From Obrimoposthia wandeli (lineage: Eukaryota), in the NCBI GenBank assembly GCA_977020255.1, contig CDROCS010004529.1:62001-126000 (forward strand): DNA of 64,000 nt, written 5' to 3'. The notes beneath the pieces are model-generated. The model ran no database searches. It had not been told where the DNA came from and saw nothing but the letters and a program-made list of their open reading frames with translations. This document shows positions 38,392 to 49,796 of this stretch, piece by piece. A program made the position numbers and the translations under genes. Every line of letters begins with the position of its first letter. The first letter of the stretch is position 1.

Positions 38392-39552
38392 TTAAGCACG
38401 ACTTTCTAGCATTGCCACTGCAGGCAATACCTTACCTTCAACAAATTCTAAAAACGCACCACCACCAGTTGATATATAAGACACTTGATCTTCAATGTTA
38501 TATTTATCAACCGCTGCTAACGTATCGCCGCCACCTGCAATCGAAAAGCCGTTGTTTTGTGCAATCGCCATCGATATCGCTTGTGTACCACCGGAAAATT
38601 GCTCTATTTCAAACACACCAACAGGTCCGTTCCAAATTATTGTTTCTGCAGTCGTTAGCAAACTTGCTAATGCTTTTGCAGATTCAGGCCCTATGTCTAA
38701 AATCATGTCATCTTCTGCAACATCAGCAACCATTTTAACCGTAGCAACAGCTGTTTCAGAAAACTCAGTAGCCACTACAACATCAGTGGGTAATGGGATG
38801 TCTGTTTTAGCCATCAGCTCTTTAGCTAGTGGAATCAAATCGTGTTCACATAAAGATTTGCCCACAGGAAAGCCAGCGGCCGCTAAGAAAGTATTGGCGA
38901 TACCACCGCCCACTATCAATCGATCAACTTTATTACTTAAAGCGGTCAACACTTCTAGTTTTGTCGATACTTTTGAGCCACCAACAATCGCCATCATTGG
39001 TGATTTTGGCTTATCGAGTGCTTGGGATAGTGCTTCTAGCTCGCCTGCCAATAACGGTCCTGCACAAGCGACATCCGCAAATTTCGCAACCCCATGCGTA
39101 GATGCTTGTGCGCGATGCGCTGTACCAAAGGCATCCATTACATAAATATCACACAAAGCAGCCATTTTCTTAGCTAACGCCTCGTCGTCTTTTTTCTCAC
39201 CTACATTAAAACGTACGTTTTCCAACAGCACTATTTCGCCATTTTGTAAGCTGATGTCAGTGTCTAACCAGTTTTGTAATAAAGGTACTTCTCGTCCTAA
39301 CAACCCTGATAAATGCTCTGCAACAGGCGACAGTGAATACTTCTCTTCATATTCGCCCTCTACTGGTCTACCTAAGTGTGACATTAACATCACTTTTGCA
39401 CCAGCTTTAAGTGCCAGTTCAATGGTTGGTAAACACGCTCTGATACGCGCATCAGAAGTGACTTTACCAGCTTTAACAGGTACGTTTAAATCTTCTCTAA
39501 TAAGTACACGTTTGCCCGCTAAATCTAGCTGTGACATTTTTAAAATGCTCAT
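38392..39552 (-). CDS. pgk: Phosphoglycerate kinase
   Basis: [48 protein letters not shown]. Confidence 0.97.
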   Translation of the reverse strand: MSILKMSQLDLAGKRVLIREDLNVPVKAGKVTSDARIRACLPTIELALKAGAKVMLMSHLGRPVEGEYEEKYSLSPVAEHLSGLLGREVPLLQNWLDTDISLQNGEIVLLENVRFNVGEKKDDEALAKKMAALCDIYVMDAFGTAHRAQASTHGVAKFADVACAGPLLAGELEALSQALDKPKSPMMAIVGGSKVSTKLEVLTALSNKVDRLIVGGGIANTFLAAAGFPVGKSLCEHDLIPLAKELMAKTDIPLPTDVVVATEFSETAVATVKMVADVAEDDMILDIGPESAKALASLLTTAETIIWNGPVGVFEIEQFSGGTQAISMAIAQNNGFSIAGGGDTLAAVDKYNIEDQVSYISTGGGAFLEFVEGKVLPAVAMLESRA

Positions 39553-39569
39553 ATACAAATCCTAATTTA

Positions 39570-40595
39570 TTATTTAGTGTTATCTTGTTTTAACCAATAA
39601 TTGGCTACATCTAGCATGCGATTAGCAAAGCCCCACTCATTATCAAACCAACAAATGAGTTTTAATAAGTGACCTTGGCTTACTTTTGTTTGCGTGGCGT
39701 CAATAATACCTGATCGCCTATCGTGATTAAAATCAACGGATGCATGCGGTTCGTTAGTAAAGCCTAGCACCCCTTGATATTGCTCTTTTGCCGCTTGCGC
39801 TAACAGTTTATTTACTTGCTCCACGTTAACTTCTTGAGCCGTGGTTAAACTGATATCCATCATCGATACATTGATGGTAGGTACTCTGATATGCAGGCAC
39901 TGAAATAGGCCAGCTAATTCTGGCAGTATTCGATCAATCCCTTTCGCCAACCCCGTATCTACCGGCACAATAGAGCTCATTGCACCGCGCGTTAAGCGTA
40001 AATCACTTTGATGATAACTATCGACTATCGGTTGGTCATTCATCGCCGAATGAATAGTGGTAGTTAGAGCGGCTTGAATTGTGTATTGGTGATGTACTAA
40101 ATCTAAGATTGGTATTATGCAGTTAGTGGTACAAGAGGCCGCTGATACAATCTTCATGGCGCTATTTAATTGCTGATGGTTATAACCGTAAATGATAGTA
40201 GCATCAACATCTGCAAGTGCCGGGTGAGAGAATAGTAATTTTTTAGCGCCTGCATCTAAATGTTGCTGTGCAATCGCTCGCTGCTTAAAAGAGCCAGTAC
40301 ATTCAAGCACTATATCAATATCCAATTCATCCCAAGGCAGCTTTGTGGGATCAGGCTCATTGAGCACTTGGATTTGATCGCCTTCTATTAACAGCTGGTT
40401 ATCGAGCTGCTCAACGTCAAAAGGGAACCTGCCGTGAATAGTATCGTAGCGGGTTAAATAAGTAACCGTATCTATATCAGATAATTCATTGATCGCAACT
40501 ATTTTTAACTGCGATTGCAGTGATCTTTCATAAATTGCGCGCAATACCGATTGACCGATGCGCCCATAGCCATTTATAGCAACGCGATAACTCAT
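39570..40595 (-). CDS. epd: Erythrose-4-phosphate dehydrogenase
   Basis: INGYGRIG, ASCTTNC, TIHSAMNDQ (Epd-type), WFDNEWGFANRMLD; between tkt and pgk. Confidence 0.92.
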   Translation of the reverse strand: MSYRVAINGYGRIGQSVLRAIYERSLQSQLKIVAINELSDIDTVTYLTRYDTIHGRFPFDVEQLDNQLLIEGDQIQVLNEPDPTKLPWDELDIDIVLECTGSFKQRAIAQQHLDAGAKKLLFSHPALADVDATIIYGYNHQQLNSAMKIVSAASCTTNCIIPILDLVHHQYTIQAALTTTIHSAMNDQPIVDSYHQSDLRLTRGAMSSIVPVDTGLAKGIDRILPELAGLFQCLHIRVPTINVSMMDISLTTAQEVNVEQVNKLLAQAAKEQYQGVLGFTNEPHASVDFNHDRRSGIIDATQTKVSQGHLLKLICWFDNEWGFANRMLDVANYWLKQDNTK

Positions 40596-40738
40596 GAGCA
40601 TTTATCTCAAGGGGTAAATCTATTATATGGGTAGCTATTGGGCTTTAAATAATAAGGGCTCAAAAGCTTAAATCTTTAATAGGTGGCAATTAACTTCTCA
40701 ATACGCTCTATCTAAAAAAACAGTACTAAGCAGTCGAC

Positions 40739-40764
40739 GCTCTATCACTTTGTAGTGATAGAGC
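40739..40764. terminator. 11-bp perfect hairpin after tkt
   Basis: GCTCTATCACT-TTGT-AGTGATAGAGC. Confidence 0.55.
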
Positions 40765-40778
40765 TAGCGCTATTTAAA

Positions 40779-42773
40779 TTACAGCAGCGCTTGTGCTTTA
40801 TTCACAACATTTTCAACCGTAAAGCCGAAATGCTTGAATAACTCATCTGCAGGGGCTGACTCACCAAAAGTGGTCATACCGACTATCGCACCATTCAATC
40901 CAACATACTTGTACCAGTAATCTGCTTGCAGTGCTTCGATTGCAACTCTTGAGCTTACAGCCGCTGGCAATACTGATTCACGATATGCAGCATCTTGTGC
41001 ATCAAACAAATCAGTACAAGGCATTGAAACAACACGAACTTGCGTGCCGTTAGCACGTAATTGTGTTGCTGCTTGTTGAGCTAGATCAACTTCAGATCCG
41101 GTCGCGATTAAGATCAATTGCGGTGCACCTTCACTATCTGAAAGAATATATCCGCCTTTGGCTATTGCACTTAATTGCTGGTTAGAACGGGTTTGATGTG
41201 CCAAGTTTTGACGTGAGAAAATCATCGCTGTTGGTCCATCTTTACGCTCAACAGCCATTTTCCATGCAACCGCTGATTCAACCGCATCACATGGGCGCCA
41301 AGTGCTCATGTTAGGTGTATGACGTAAATTAGCTACTTGTTCGATAGGTTGGTGCGTCGGGCCATCTTCACCTAAACCAATTGAGTCATGCGTGTAAACA
41401 TGAATCGCTTGAATTTTCATCAGTGCCGCCATACGCAGCGCATTTCTAGCGTATTCCATGAATACCAAGAAAGTAGCACCGTAGGGAATAAAGCCACCGT
41501 GTAGCGCCATACCGTTCATAATACCCGACATACCAAATTCACGAACGCCGTAATTAATATAATTGCCTGAAGCATCTTGGCTATCGATGACTTTAGCGCC
41601 TGACCATTTCGTCAAGTTAGAACCGGCTAAATCTGCAGATCCACCTAAGAATTCAGGCAACATAGGACCGTACTGATTCAAAGCATTTTGCGATGCTTTA
41701 CGTGAGGCAATAGTATTGCCTTCTTCTGATAGCTGGGCAATCCAAGCATCAGCATTAGCTGAGAAATCTTCAGGTAACTCACCTGCAAGACGACGTAGCA
41801 ATTCTGCTGCTAACTCAGGATAAGCCGCGCTGTAATCAGATAATTGCTTATTCCACTCATTTTCTGCAACGCTGCCAGCGCTTGCTGCATTCCAATCAGC
41901 ATATATCTCTTCTGGAATTTCAAAAGGCCCATGGCTCCAGCCTAGTTTTTCGCGAGTCAGTGCTATTTCAGCATCACCTAGTGCAGCACCGTGACAACCC
42001 GCTGTTCCCTCTTTATTAGGGGATCCGAAACCGATAACGGTTTTACAGCAAATAATTGTCGGTTGCGTGGTGTTTGCTTGTGCATCTTCAATTGCTTGGC
42101 GAATTTCGTCAGGATTATGCCCGTCAACATCAGCAATTACTTGCCAGCCATATGCTGCAAAGCGCTGTGCTGTATCATCGGTAAACCAACCTTCCACTTG
42201 GCCATCAATAGAAATCCCATTGTCATCCCAAAAAGTAATCAGCTTGCCTAAACCTAAAGTGCCCGCTAGTGAAGATACTTCGTGGGAAATACCTTCCATT
42301 AAGCAGCCATCACCCATAAAGGCATAAGTGTAGTGATCTACAATGTCATGGCCTTCACGGTTAAACTGAGCCGCTAAGGTTTTTTCTGCAACCGCGAAAC
42401 CAACTGCATTACTAAGGCCTTGCCCTAGTGGACCAGTTGTCGTTTCAACACCTGGGCAATAACCGTATTCTGGATGCCCTGCTGTTTTAGCATTCATTTG
42501 ACGGAAGTCTTTAATGTCATCAATCGAAACATCGTAGCCTGTTAAATGTAATAGGCTATATATAAGCATTGAACCATGGCCATTAGAAAGCACGAAACGG
42601 TCGCGATCATACCAAGAGGGGTTGCTAGGATTATGTTTAATAAAATCGTTCCATAATACTTCAGCGATATCAGCCATACCCATTGGGGCACCCGGATGGC
42701 CAGAATTAGCTTTTTGTACTGCATCCATACTAAGTGCGCGAATTGCGTTTGCCAGTTCTCTGCGAGCAGACAT
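40779..42773 (-). CDS. tkt: Transketolase
   Basis: [45 protein letters not shown]. Confidence 0.98.
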   Translation of the reverse strand: MSARRELANAIRALSMDAVQKANSGHPGAPMGMADIAEVLWNDFIKHNPSNPSWYDRDRFVLSNGHGSMLIYSLLHLTGYDVSIDDIKDFRQMNAKTAGHPEYGYCPGVETTTGPLGQGLSNAVGFAVAEKTLAAQFNREGHDIVDHYTYAFMGDGCLMEGISHEVSSLAGTLGLGKLITFWDDNGISIDGQVEGWFTDDTAQRFAAYGWQVIADVDGHNPDEIRQAIEDAQANTTQPTIICCKTVIGFGSPNKEGTAGCHGAALGDAEIALTREKLGWSHGPFEIPEEIYADWNAASAGSVAENEWNKQLSDYSAAYPELAAELLRRLAGELPEDFSANADAWIAQLSEEGNTIASRKASQNALNQYGPMLPEFLGGSADLAGSNLTKWSGAKVIDSQDASGNYINYGVREFGMSGIMNGMALHGGFIPYGATFLVFMEYARNALRMAALMKIQAIHVYTHDSIGLGEDGPTHQPIEQVANLRHTPNMSTWRPCDAVESAVAWKMAVERKDGPTAMIFSRQNLAHQTRSNQQLSAIAKGGYILSDSEGAPQLILIATGSEVDLAQQAATQLRANGTQVRVVSMPCTDLFDAQDAAYRESVLPAAVSSRVAIEALQADYWYKYVGLNGAIVGMTTFGESAPADELFKHFGFTVENVVNKAQALL

Positions 42774-43218
42774 TCTTTAACTCCTGGGGTAAGCCCCAAT
42801 TGATTGGTCAAATTTGAGCTGCTGATTTTCTCGCAGATTGCCTTACGCTTCAACGCAAAAACGCAAATAAAGCACAAAGTGAGTAATATTCATTTTAAAC
42901 AGCGAATTTTTCATTAAAATTTACTCCTGATCGCTATAAAATAAAGCGCAAACTTTTAGAAAAAGTTATAGAATACGTGTTTTTTATAATCGATTAGAAT
43001 TTTTAAAATAATAATCAAGCCAATTTAACAGCAGCTCTGGCTAAAATCAGCATGATTTACAATAATTCATACCATTGTATGATGCCCAACGATTTTAACC
43101 TCTGCTTGATCAGCTTCTTCATAATTTTAGGATTTCTAATTTAAAGATTATCAATAATACAATGCACAACGGCATTGTACATTGATGATCAACAGATACG
43201 TTTAATAAGGTTATTAAC

Positions 43219-44409
43219 ATGAGCGAATACAATCTTTTCACCTCAGAATCAGTTTCTGAAGGCCACCCTGATAAAATTGCCGATCAAATTTCGGATGCGG
43301 TACTTGACGCTATCATCGCCAAAGACAAATATGCCCGTGTCGCTTGCGAAACGATGGTTAAAACAGGTGTTGCTATTGTTTCAGGTGAAATCACCACAGA
43401 TGCGTGGGTTGACTTAGAAGATTTAGTACGCGGTGTTATTAACGATATTGGTTACACTTCTTCAGATGTCGGTTTTGATGGCAACACTTGTGGCATTATC
43501 AACATTATCGGTAAGCAATCTTTAGATATTGCACAGGGGGTTGATCGTTCGACTTCTGAAGAGCAAGGCGCCGGAGATCAAGGTTTAATGTTTGGTTACG
43601 CATCAAACGAAACAGATGTTTTCATGCCGGCACCTATTACTTATGCGCACCGTTTAGTTGAACGTCAAGCTGAAGCACGTAAATCTGGTTTATTACCTTG
43701 GTTACGTCCCGATGCGAAATCGCAAGTCACTTTTCGCTACCAAGACGGTAAGCCTTGTGCTGTAGATGCTATTGTTTTATCCACCCAGCACGACCCTGAT
43801 ATTTCGCACAGTGATTTACAAGAAGCTGTGATGGAATTAATCATAAAACAAGTAATACCAGAACAATGGCTAACCGCTGAGACTAAATATCACATCAACC
43901 CAACGGGTAACTTTGTGATTGGTGGCCCAGTTGGCGATTGCGGACTAACCGGTCGTAAAATCATCGTTGATACTTACGGTGGTATGGCACGTCACGGTGG
44001 TGGGGCTTTCTCCGGAAAAGATCCTTCCAAGGTCGATCGCTCAGCGGCATACGCTGGTCGTTATGTTGCAAAAAACATTGTCGCAGCAGGCCTTGCTGAT
44101 CGCTGTGAAATACAGGTTTCTTACGCGATTGGCGTCGCAGAGCCTACCTCTGTCTCTATCAACACTTTTGGTACAGGCACAATTGCAGATGATAAAATTA
44201 TTGCGCTAATTGATCAACATTTTGATCTACGCCCTAGTGCCATCACACGCATGTTAGATTTACTACATCCTATGTATCGTCCTACAGCCGCTTATGGTCA
44301 CTTTGGTCGTGCACCTGTTGAAATGACAGTTGGGGATGATACTTTCACTGCATTCACTTGGGAACGCACTGACAAAATAGCGGCACTAAAAGCTGACGCT
44401 GGTTTATAA
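43219..44409 (+). CDS. metK: S-adenosylmethionine synthetase
   Basis: [35 protein letters not shown]. Confidence 0.98.
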   Translation: MSEYNLFTSESVSEGHPDKIADQISDAVLDAIIAKDKYARVACETMVKTGVAIVSGEITTDAWVDLEDLVRGVINDIGYTSSDVGFDGNTCGIINIIGKQSLDIAQGVDRSTSEEQGAGDQGLMFGYASNETDVFMPAPITYAHRLVERQAEARKSGLLPWLRPDAKSQVTFRYQDGKPCAVDAIVLSTQHDPDISHSDLQEAVMELIIKQVIPEQWLTAETKYHINPTGNFVIGGPVGDCGLTGRKIIVDTYGGMARHGGGAFSGKDPSKVDRSAAYAGRYVAKNIVAAGLADRCEIQVSYAIGVAEPTSVSINTFGTGTIADDKIIALIDQHFDLRPSAITRMLDLLHPMYRPTAAYGHFGRAPVEMTVGDDTFTAFTWERTDKIAALKADAGL

Positions 44410-44424
44410 GGCACCAGATTCATT

Positions 44425-44450
44425 AAAAAAGAGCATTTATGCTCTTTTTT
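44425..44450 (+). terminator. Intrinsic terminator after metK
   Basis: AAAAAAGAGCA-TTTA-TGCTCTTTTTT. Confidence 0.75.
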
Positions 44451-44501
44451 TGTATATGGCATTAAATGTAAGCACATTCCCTTTGTAATAAAGGATAATC
44501 G

Positions 44502-45230
44502 ATGAGAATTCCACGTTTTTATCAAGACTGCACACTGCAAATCAATACCATTATTGATTTAGAAGATAGCACAGTACAGCATATCGCTCGTGTGTTACGT
44601 ATGCGAGCTGGCGAACAAATACAGCTGTTTAATAATGACGGTTTAGAGTATTTAGCCCAGCTCACTATTGTTGAAAAGCGCAAAGTGTCGGCTAGCATTA
44701 TCAGTAGTAGTAATCCACAGCGCACCAGCCCATTAAACATTGAGATAGGCCAAGCTATATCACGTGGCGATCGCATGGATTATGCATTACAAAAAGCTAC
44801 CGAGCTTGGCATGAACGGCTTAACCCCATTGATAAGCGAGCGCGGTGAAGTAAAGTTAAAAGCAGATAGACTCGCTAAAAAACAACAGCAATGGCAACAA
44901 CTTGTCATCAGTGCTTGTGAGCAATCCCTTCGCACTCAAATACCAACCATCAGAGAAACCACTACTTTAACGCAGTGGATTAATAGCTGCAAAGCTGACG
45001 TTAAATTGGTATTACACCATCATACGGAAAAAAGTTTAGGGGATTTTACAACCCCTAAGTCCGTCGCATTGTTAATTGGGCCGGAAGGCGGATTGACCGA
45101 ATCAGAAGTTACAGCGGCGATTAACGCAGGCTTTCACCCTGTAGCCTTAGGACCTAGAGTAATGCGCACTGAAACAGCACCTGTCGCGGCCTTGGCAATA
45201 CTACAATATTTATGGGGAGATTTAGCTTAA
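44502..45230 (+). CDS. rsmE: 16S rRNA m3U1498 methyltransferase
   Basis: HIARVLRMRAG, QKATELG, LIGPEGG, LGPRVMRTETA. Confidence 0.96.
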   Translation: MRIPRFYQDCTLQINTIIDLEDSTVQHIARVLRMRAGEQIQLFNNDGLEYLAQLTIVEKRKVSASIISSSNPQRTSPLNIEIGQAISRGDRMDYALQKATELGMNGLTPLISERGEVKLKADRLAKKQQQWQQLVISACEQSLRTQIPTIRETTTLTQWINSCKADVKLVLHHHTEKSLGDFTTPKSVALLIGPEGGLTESEVTAAINAGFHPVALGPRVMRTETAPVAALAILQYLWGDLA

Positions 45231-45472
45231 ACGACTAAATCGACTTGTTAACCACTGCATAACCCCCCATATTAATAAGACAAGAATACATAGTTGTTAC
45301 TAATTTTAATATCTACCTTGAAACTCGCTTACGACTAGATTGTCATATTTATTGCGCTATTTATCGCACTATTTATTAGTCTATCGTTTTTACATAGGTG
45401 TAATTAACAGCCTAATGTACTAAATTTTGTAGACGACTAAATCAACAGCTTCACGCTTACTGAGGAAACAAA

Positions 45473-46432
45473 ATGACACTAAAAATCGGCATCGTCATGG
45501 ACCCAATAGACAACATCAACTATAAAAAAGATAGCTCCTTAGCGATGTTATGGGCGGCGCAAGATAAAGGCTGGGATATTTGGTATATGGAACAGCAGCA
45601 TTTATATATAGATGATGGCGTTGCGATGGCACAAATGGCGCCTTTAACCGTTGCTCGTGATCCACAACAATGGTTTGAACGCAAAGAATATCAAAACTTA
45701 GAGCTTGCCAGCTTAGATATTATTCTCATGCGCAAAGATCCGCCGTTTGATAATGAATTCATGTATAGCACCCAAATTCTAGAAATGGCTGAGCAGCAAG
45801 GTACGCTGGTAGTGAATCCAGCCCAAAGATTACGAGACTGTAACGAAAAGTTATTCGCCACTCAATTCCCACAGTGCTGCCCTGAAGTATTAGTGAGTAA
45901 AGATAATCTACAGTTGCGCGCGTTTCACGCTAAGCACAAAGACGTTATTTTCAAACCTTTAGATGGTATGGGCGGCACTTCCATCTTCCGCGTTCAAGAA
46001 GATGGTGTTAATTTAGGGGTTATTCTAGAAACAGTTACAAAATACAATACTGAAATGATCATGGCGCAAAGGTTTATACCGGAAATTGCCACAGGCGATA
46101 AACGCATACTGATGATTGATGGCGAGCCAGTTGCCTATGCTTTAGCAAGAATACCGACCAACGGAGAAACCCGTGGTAATTTAGCAGTGGGCGGTAGAGC
46201 TGAAGGCAGAGAATTGACTGACCGTGATCGCTGGATTTGTGCGCAGCTTGGCCCTAGATTAAGAGAATTAGGCCTGATTTTTGTAGGCATTGATGTAATT
46301 GGTGATTATTTAACTGAAATAAATGTTACTAGCCCTACCTGCATTAGAGAGCTAAATGATCAATACGGCTTAGACATTGCAGGTGATTTAATGGATGCGG
46401 TCGAAAAGAAATATCTTGCGAAAGCGCATTAA
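45473..46432 (+). CDS. gshB: Glutathione synthetase
   Basis: MDPI..KKDSS, LMRKDPPFD, NEKL, FKPLDGMGG, EINVTSPTC. Confidence 0.97.
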   Translation: MTLKIGIVMDPIDNINYKKDSSLAMLWAAQDKGWDIWYMEQQHLYIDDGVAMAQMAPLTVARDPQQWFERKEYQNLELASLDIILMRKDPPFDNEFMYSTQILEMAEQQGTLVVNPAQRLRDCNEKLFATQFPQCCPEVLVSKDNLQLRAFHAKHKDVIFKPLDGMGGTSIFRVQEDGVNLGVILETVTKYNTEMIMAQRFIPEIATGDKRILMIDGEPVAYALARIPTNGETRGNLAVGGRAEGRELTDRDRWICAQLGPRLRELGLIFVGIDVIGDYLTEINVTSPTCIRELNDQYGLDIAGDLMDAVEKKYLAKAH

Positions 46433-46477
46433 CAGTTAAAAATGTTTGCTAAGATAACCGTAACACGACAGCAAAAA

Positions 46478-46529
46478 GGCATATTAGCACTTGGAGTAAA
46501 CTAAGAGCTGATTTGCTGTTAAATATGCC
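46478..46529. terminator. Long hairpin after gshB
   Basis: GGCATATT ... AATATGCC outer stem with inner AGC-A-CTT / AAG-A-GCT. Confidence 0.35.
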
Positions 46530-46605
46530 CTAACTATGAAAACAGGTCTATAATTTGCTTTATTACCGTAAATATTGTAATTCAACTACTCAGTGCCGAT
46601 AGAAA

Positions 46606-47508
46606 ATGAACTATATGCAGCCCAATTTCTCAAGTAATCGCTTAAATTACACGCTTTTTATAGCGATTGCTGTGCATGTATTTGTCATTCTTGGTATTGG
46701 CTTTAGCTGGGCCAATGCTCCCAAAAAAGCAGCTGAAATAGAAGTCACTTTAGCGCAATTTGAAGCTAAAAAAAGTAACCAAAAAAGTGACTATTTAGCT
46801 CAAATAGATCAACAGGGCAGTGGTGATGCTAAGGTGAAGAAAAAGCTGTCTGATGAAGTATCATTAAACCCACAGCTAACAGATACAAAAATCACTGCTA
46901 GTGATCAGCAAAAGAATGCATCGCAAATGAGTGAAAAGAAAAAATTTAGTGAAAAATTAGAACAATTTTTTGAAAAAGAAACCTCTACATTTGATGTTGT
47001 GAATAGTATCAATTCTGGCTATAAGCTTAAGGTTAACCCGCAGAGAAATGACAACCCTAACACCTCCGATGAAGTAAAAAAGACCAGCCTTTCTGCCAAA
47101 ATAGTCGCCCTTCAATCACAGATAAACCTGCGACGTCAAAAAATGGCTAAAGCGCCTAAAAAACGTGTAATATCTGCGGTGTCTACAAAATCACACCAAG
47201 ATGCAGCATACCTAGAAAACTGGCGACGACGCATTGTAACAGTAGGCAACATACACTACCCCAAAGCGGCTAATGAACAAAAAAAATACGGCAGAGTCCG
47301 CCTAATGATTGCGATGAGAGCCAGTGGAAATATTGCTTCTATTGAGATTTTAGAATCTTCAGGGGAAAAAATATTGGATCACGCAGCGATAAAAATTATT
47401 CGCTTGGCGGCACCTTTTGCCCCCTTTTCTCCCGAAATGCGTAAGAACACTGATATTTTAGAGATTATTCGCACCATTGAATTTGAAAAAACCACACAGA
47501 TATATTAG
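46606..47508 (+). CDS. TonB-family energy transducer
   Basis: N-terminal TM, DYLAQIDQQGSG, C-terminal TonB_C (YLENWRRRI...SSG..ILDHAA..IIRLAAPFAPF). Confidence 0.88.
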   Translation: MNYMQPNFSSNRLNYTLFIAIAVHVFVILGIGFSWANAPKKAAEIEVTLAQFEAKKSNQKSDYLAQIDQQGSGDAKVKKKLSDEVSLNPQLTDTKITASDQQKNASQMSEKKKFSEKLEQFFEKETSTFDVVNSINSGYKLKVNPQRNDNPNTSDEVKKTSLSAKIVALQSQINLRRQKMAKAPKKRVISAVSTKSHQDAAYLENWRRRIVTVGNIHYPKAANEQKKYGRVRLMIAMRASGNIASIEILESSGEKILDHAAIKIIRLAAPFAPFSPEMRKNTDILEIIRTIEFEKTTQIY

Positions 47509-47608
47509 AGCTGAAGTATAAGTTTATTATTTCTTCGAAGCGTTATACCACAAAATTTTCAATGTCGTTGTTTGTCAATTAACAATGACGAACACCCTGA
47601 CAAGATAG

Positions 47609-47821
47609 TTACAGATAATTAACAATCTTTGGTTAAATTAGCGCGTAAATTTAGATATAATATTTAATGTAGCTGTTAGCGACAAAATGCAGATGGCAGC
47701 TTCCTTAATAGGCGTACAGATAGAGCTACCTAACTCTTCACAGAGTTCAGGCTTAACCTCTATGCTGCGAGTAATAAGCTCTTACCCACGCTCTGCACTA
47801 ATAAAAAGTAAAACTTCATGA
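47609..47821 (+). pseudogene. Decayed 3' remnant of yqgE/algH
   Basis: One frame reads NNLWLN*RVNLDIIFNVAVSDKMQMAASLIGVQIELPNSSQSSG, resembling the YqgE/AlgH C-terminus, at the syntenic position before ruvX. Confidence 0.6.
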
Positions 47822-48294
47822 CAATGCACTCACAGCAAGTACTCGGCTTTGACTTTGGCACTACTCGAATAGGTGTTGCTAGCGGTCAAAGCTTAACCAT
47901 GTCCACTACCGAATTATCTCCTGTAAATGCGAAAGATGGCACACCGAACTGGCAACAGTTAGATGCTATTATTCAAGAGTGGAAACCCGAAATTTTAGTC
48001 GTTGGCATCCCTATCAATATGGATAGCAGTATTAGTGAGATGTCACGACGAGCGAGGCGCTTTGCCAATCGCATTCAAGATAGATACCAACTAGCTTGCT
48101 TTATTATTGATGAGCGCCTATCAACCCGCGATGCGAAAGAAATTCATTACTCACGTGGTGGAGGCAGTAATTTTCGTAAAGAATCAGTTGATGGCATTGC
48201 TGCACAAATAATATTACAGAGCTGGTTTAACAGCGAAATTAGAATCCCCAGTCACAGCCGCTTGGAAGATCACTATGCAACCGACCAATCATAA
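47818..48294 (+). CDS. ruvX: Holliday junction resolvase-like protein YqgF
   Basis: VLGFDFGTTRIGVA, VVGIP, DERLST, VDGIAAQIIL. Confidence 0.95.
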   Translation: MTMHSQQVLGFDFGTTRIGVASGQSLTMSTTELSPVNAKDGTPNWQQLDAIIQEWKPEILVVGIPINMDSSISEMSRRARRFANRIQDRYQLACFIIDERLSTRDAKEIHYSRGGGSNFRKESVDGIAAQIILQSWFNSEIRIPSHSRLEDHYATDQS

Positions 48295-48799
48295 CGTCGA
48301 TTTTTTACTGATACAGATGACCGAAGCTTTACGTAATCTAATCGAAACTAATCAATTCAAAAACCCACTGTTTATCGGTATTCGTACCGGCGGTGTTTGG
48401 ATTGGCGAACAGTTGCACAAAAATTTAGCGATTACGGAGCCTCTAGGTATTTTAGACATTAGCTTTTATCGCGATGACTTTACGCGCATCGGTTTGAACC
48501 CAAAAGTACAGCCTTCAAATCTGCCGACATCAACACAAGACCGAGATATCATTTTAATTGATGATGTTATTAAAACAGGGCGCACCATTAGAGCTGCTTT
48601 AAATGAGCTTTTTGACTACGGTCGTCCAGCTTCGGTTACATTAGTTACCTTAATTGACCTCGGCTGTAGAGAACTTCCTATTAGTGCTGAGATTGTTGGC
48701 AGCCATTTAAGTCTAAACCCTGACCAACAAATAAAACTTATTGGGCCAGAGCCATTAGCACTGGAAATAAGCCAGCAACACAATGTGGAAACACCATGA
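48275..48799 (+). CDS. pyrR: PyrR (pyrimidine regulator / PRTase fold)
   Basis: [41 protein letters not shown]. Confidence 0.93.
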   Translation: MQPTNHNVDFLLIQMTEALRNLIETNQFKNPLFIGIRTGGVWIGEQLHKNLAITEPLGILDISFYRDDFTRIGLNPKVQPSNLPTSTQDRDIILIDDVIKTGRTIRAALNELFDYGRPASVTLVTLIDLGCRELPISAEIVGSHLSLNPDQQIKLIGPEPLALEISQQHNVETP

Positions 48800-49794
48800 T
48801 TGAATCTATTGGTCACAACCAATCACAGCTCAACGACAAAGGTCAGCTAAAACACTTCTTAACGACCGAAGACTTACCTGCTAGTTTGCTAAATGAAATA
48901 CTCGATACCGCCAACTCCTTTCTCGATATGAGTTCACAGCAAGTAAAAAAAGTACCTTTGCTGCGCGGTAAAACGATCGTTAACCTTTTTTTTGAGCCTA
49001 GTACACGTACTTCTAGTACTTTTGAATTGGCAGCCAAACGCTTGTCAGCTGATGTTTTGAACCTTAACATCAGCAGCTCATCCACTTCTAAGGGCGAATC
49101 ATTAAAAGATACTTTAATGACATTAGAAGCCATGCATGCTGATATGTTTGTGGTGCGTCATCCGGACAGTGGCGCGGCACATTTTATCGCCAATCAAGTT
49201 ACGCCTAAAATCGCTGTGATTAACGCTGGAGATGGCCGACACGCGCACCCAACACAAGCAATGCTCGACATGCTAACGATCAAACGCTGCAAAGGCAGCT
49301 TCCAAGGCTTAGTGGTGGCTATTGTGGGTGATATTTTACATTCACGTGTCGCGAGATCACAAATACATGCACTACGTACATTGGGAGTCGCTGAAATACG
49401 CGTAATAGCGCCTAAAACACTGCTTCCTAAAGATATAGAAATGATGGGCGTAAAAGTATTCACCAATTTTGAGCAAGGTATTAAAGACTGTGATGTAGTC
49501 GGCATGCTGAGATTACAAAAAGAGCGAATGAATAGCGCCTTGTTACCAAGTGAATCTGAATTCTACAACCACTATGGTCTCAGTAGCGACAAATTGGCAT
49601 TGGCAAAACCTGATGCTATTGTCATGCATCCAGGTCCAATTAATCGCGGTGTAGAAATAGAATCCGCTGTTGCAGATGGCCCACAATCAACCATTTTACA
49701 ACAAGTCACAAACGGTATTGCAGTACGAATGGCTGTTATGTCGATGGCAATCACGGGTCAATTAAACGCTTGCGACCCACGAGTAGAAGGTTAG
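48796..49794 (+). CDS. pyrB: Aspartate carbamoyltransferase catalytic subunit
   Basis: [44 protein letters not shown]. Confidence 0.97.
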   Translation: MIESIGHNQSQLNDKGQLKHFLTTEDLPASLLNEILDTANSFLDMSSQQVKKVPLLRGKTIVNLFFEPSTRTSSTFELAAKRLSADVLNLNISSSSTSKGESLKDTLMTLEAMHADMFVVRHPDSGAAHFIANQVTPKIAVINAGDGRHAHPTQAMLDMLTIKRCKGSFQGLVVAIVGDILHSRVARSQIHALRTLGVAEIRVIAPKTLLPKDIEMMGVKVFTNFEQGIKDCDVVGMLRLQKERMNSALLPSESEFYNHYGLSSDKLALAKPDAIVMHPGPINRGVEIESAVADGPQSTILQQVTNGIAVRMAVMSMAITGQLNACDPRVEG

Positions 49795-49796
49795 CT

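Noticed and set aside
42774-43218. SAM riboswitch or SahR box upstream of metK
   Set aside because: No convincing match to SAM riboswitch cores or an ATCAA-N-TTGAT palindrome of the expected spacing.
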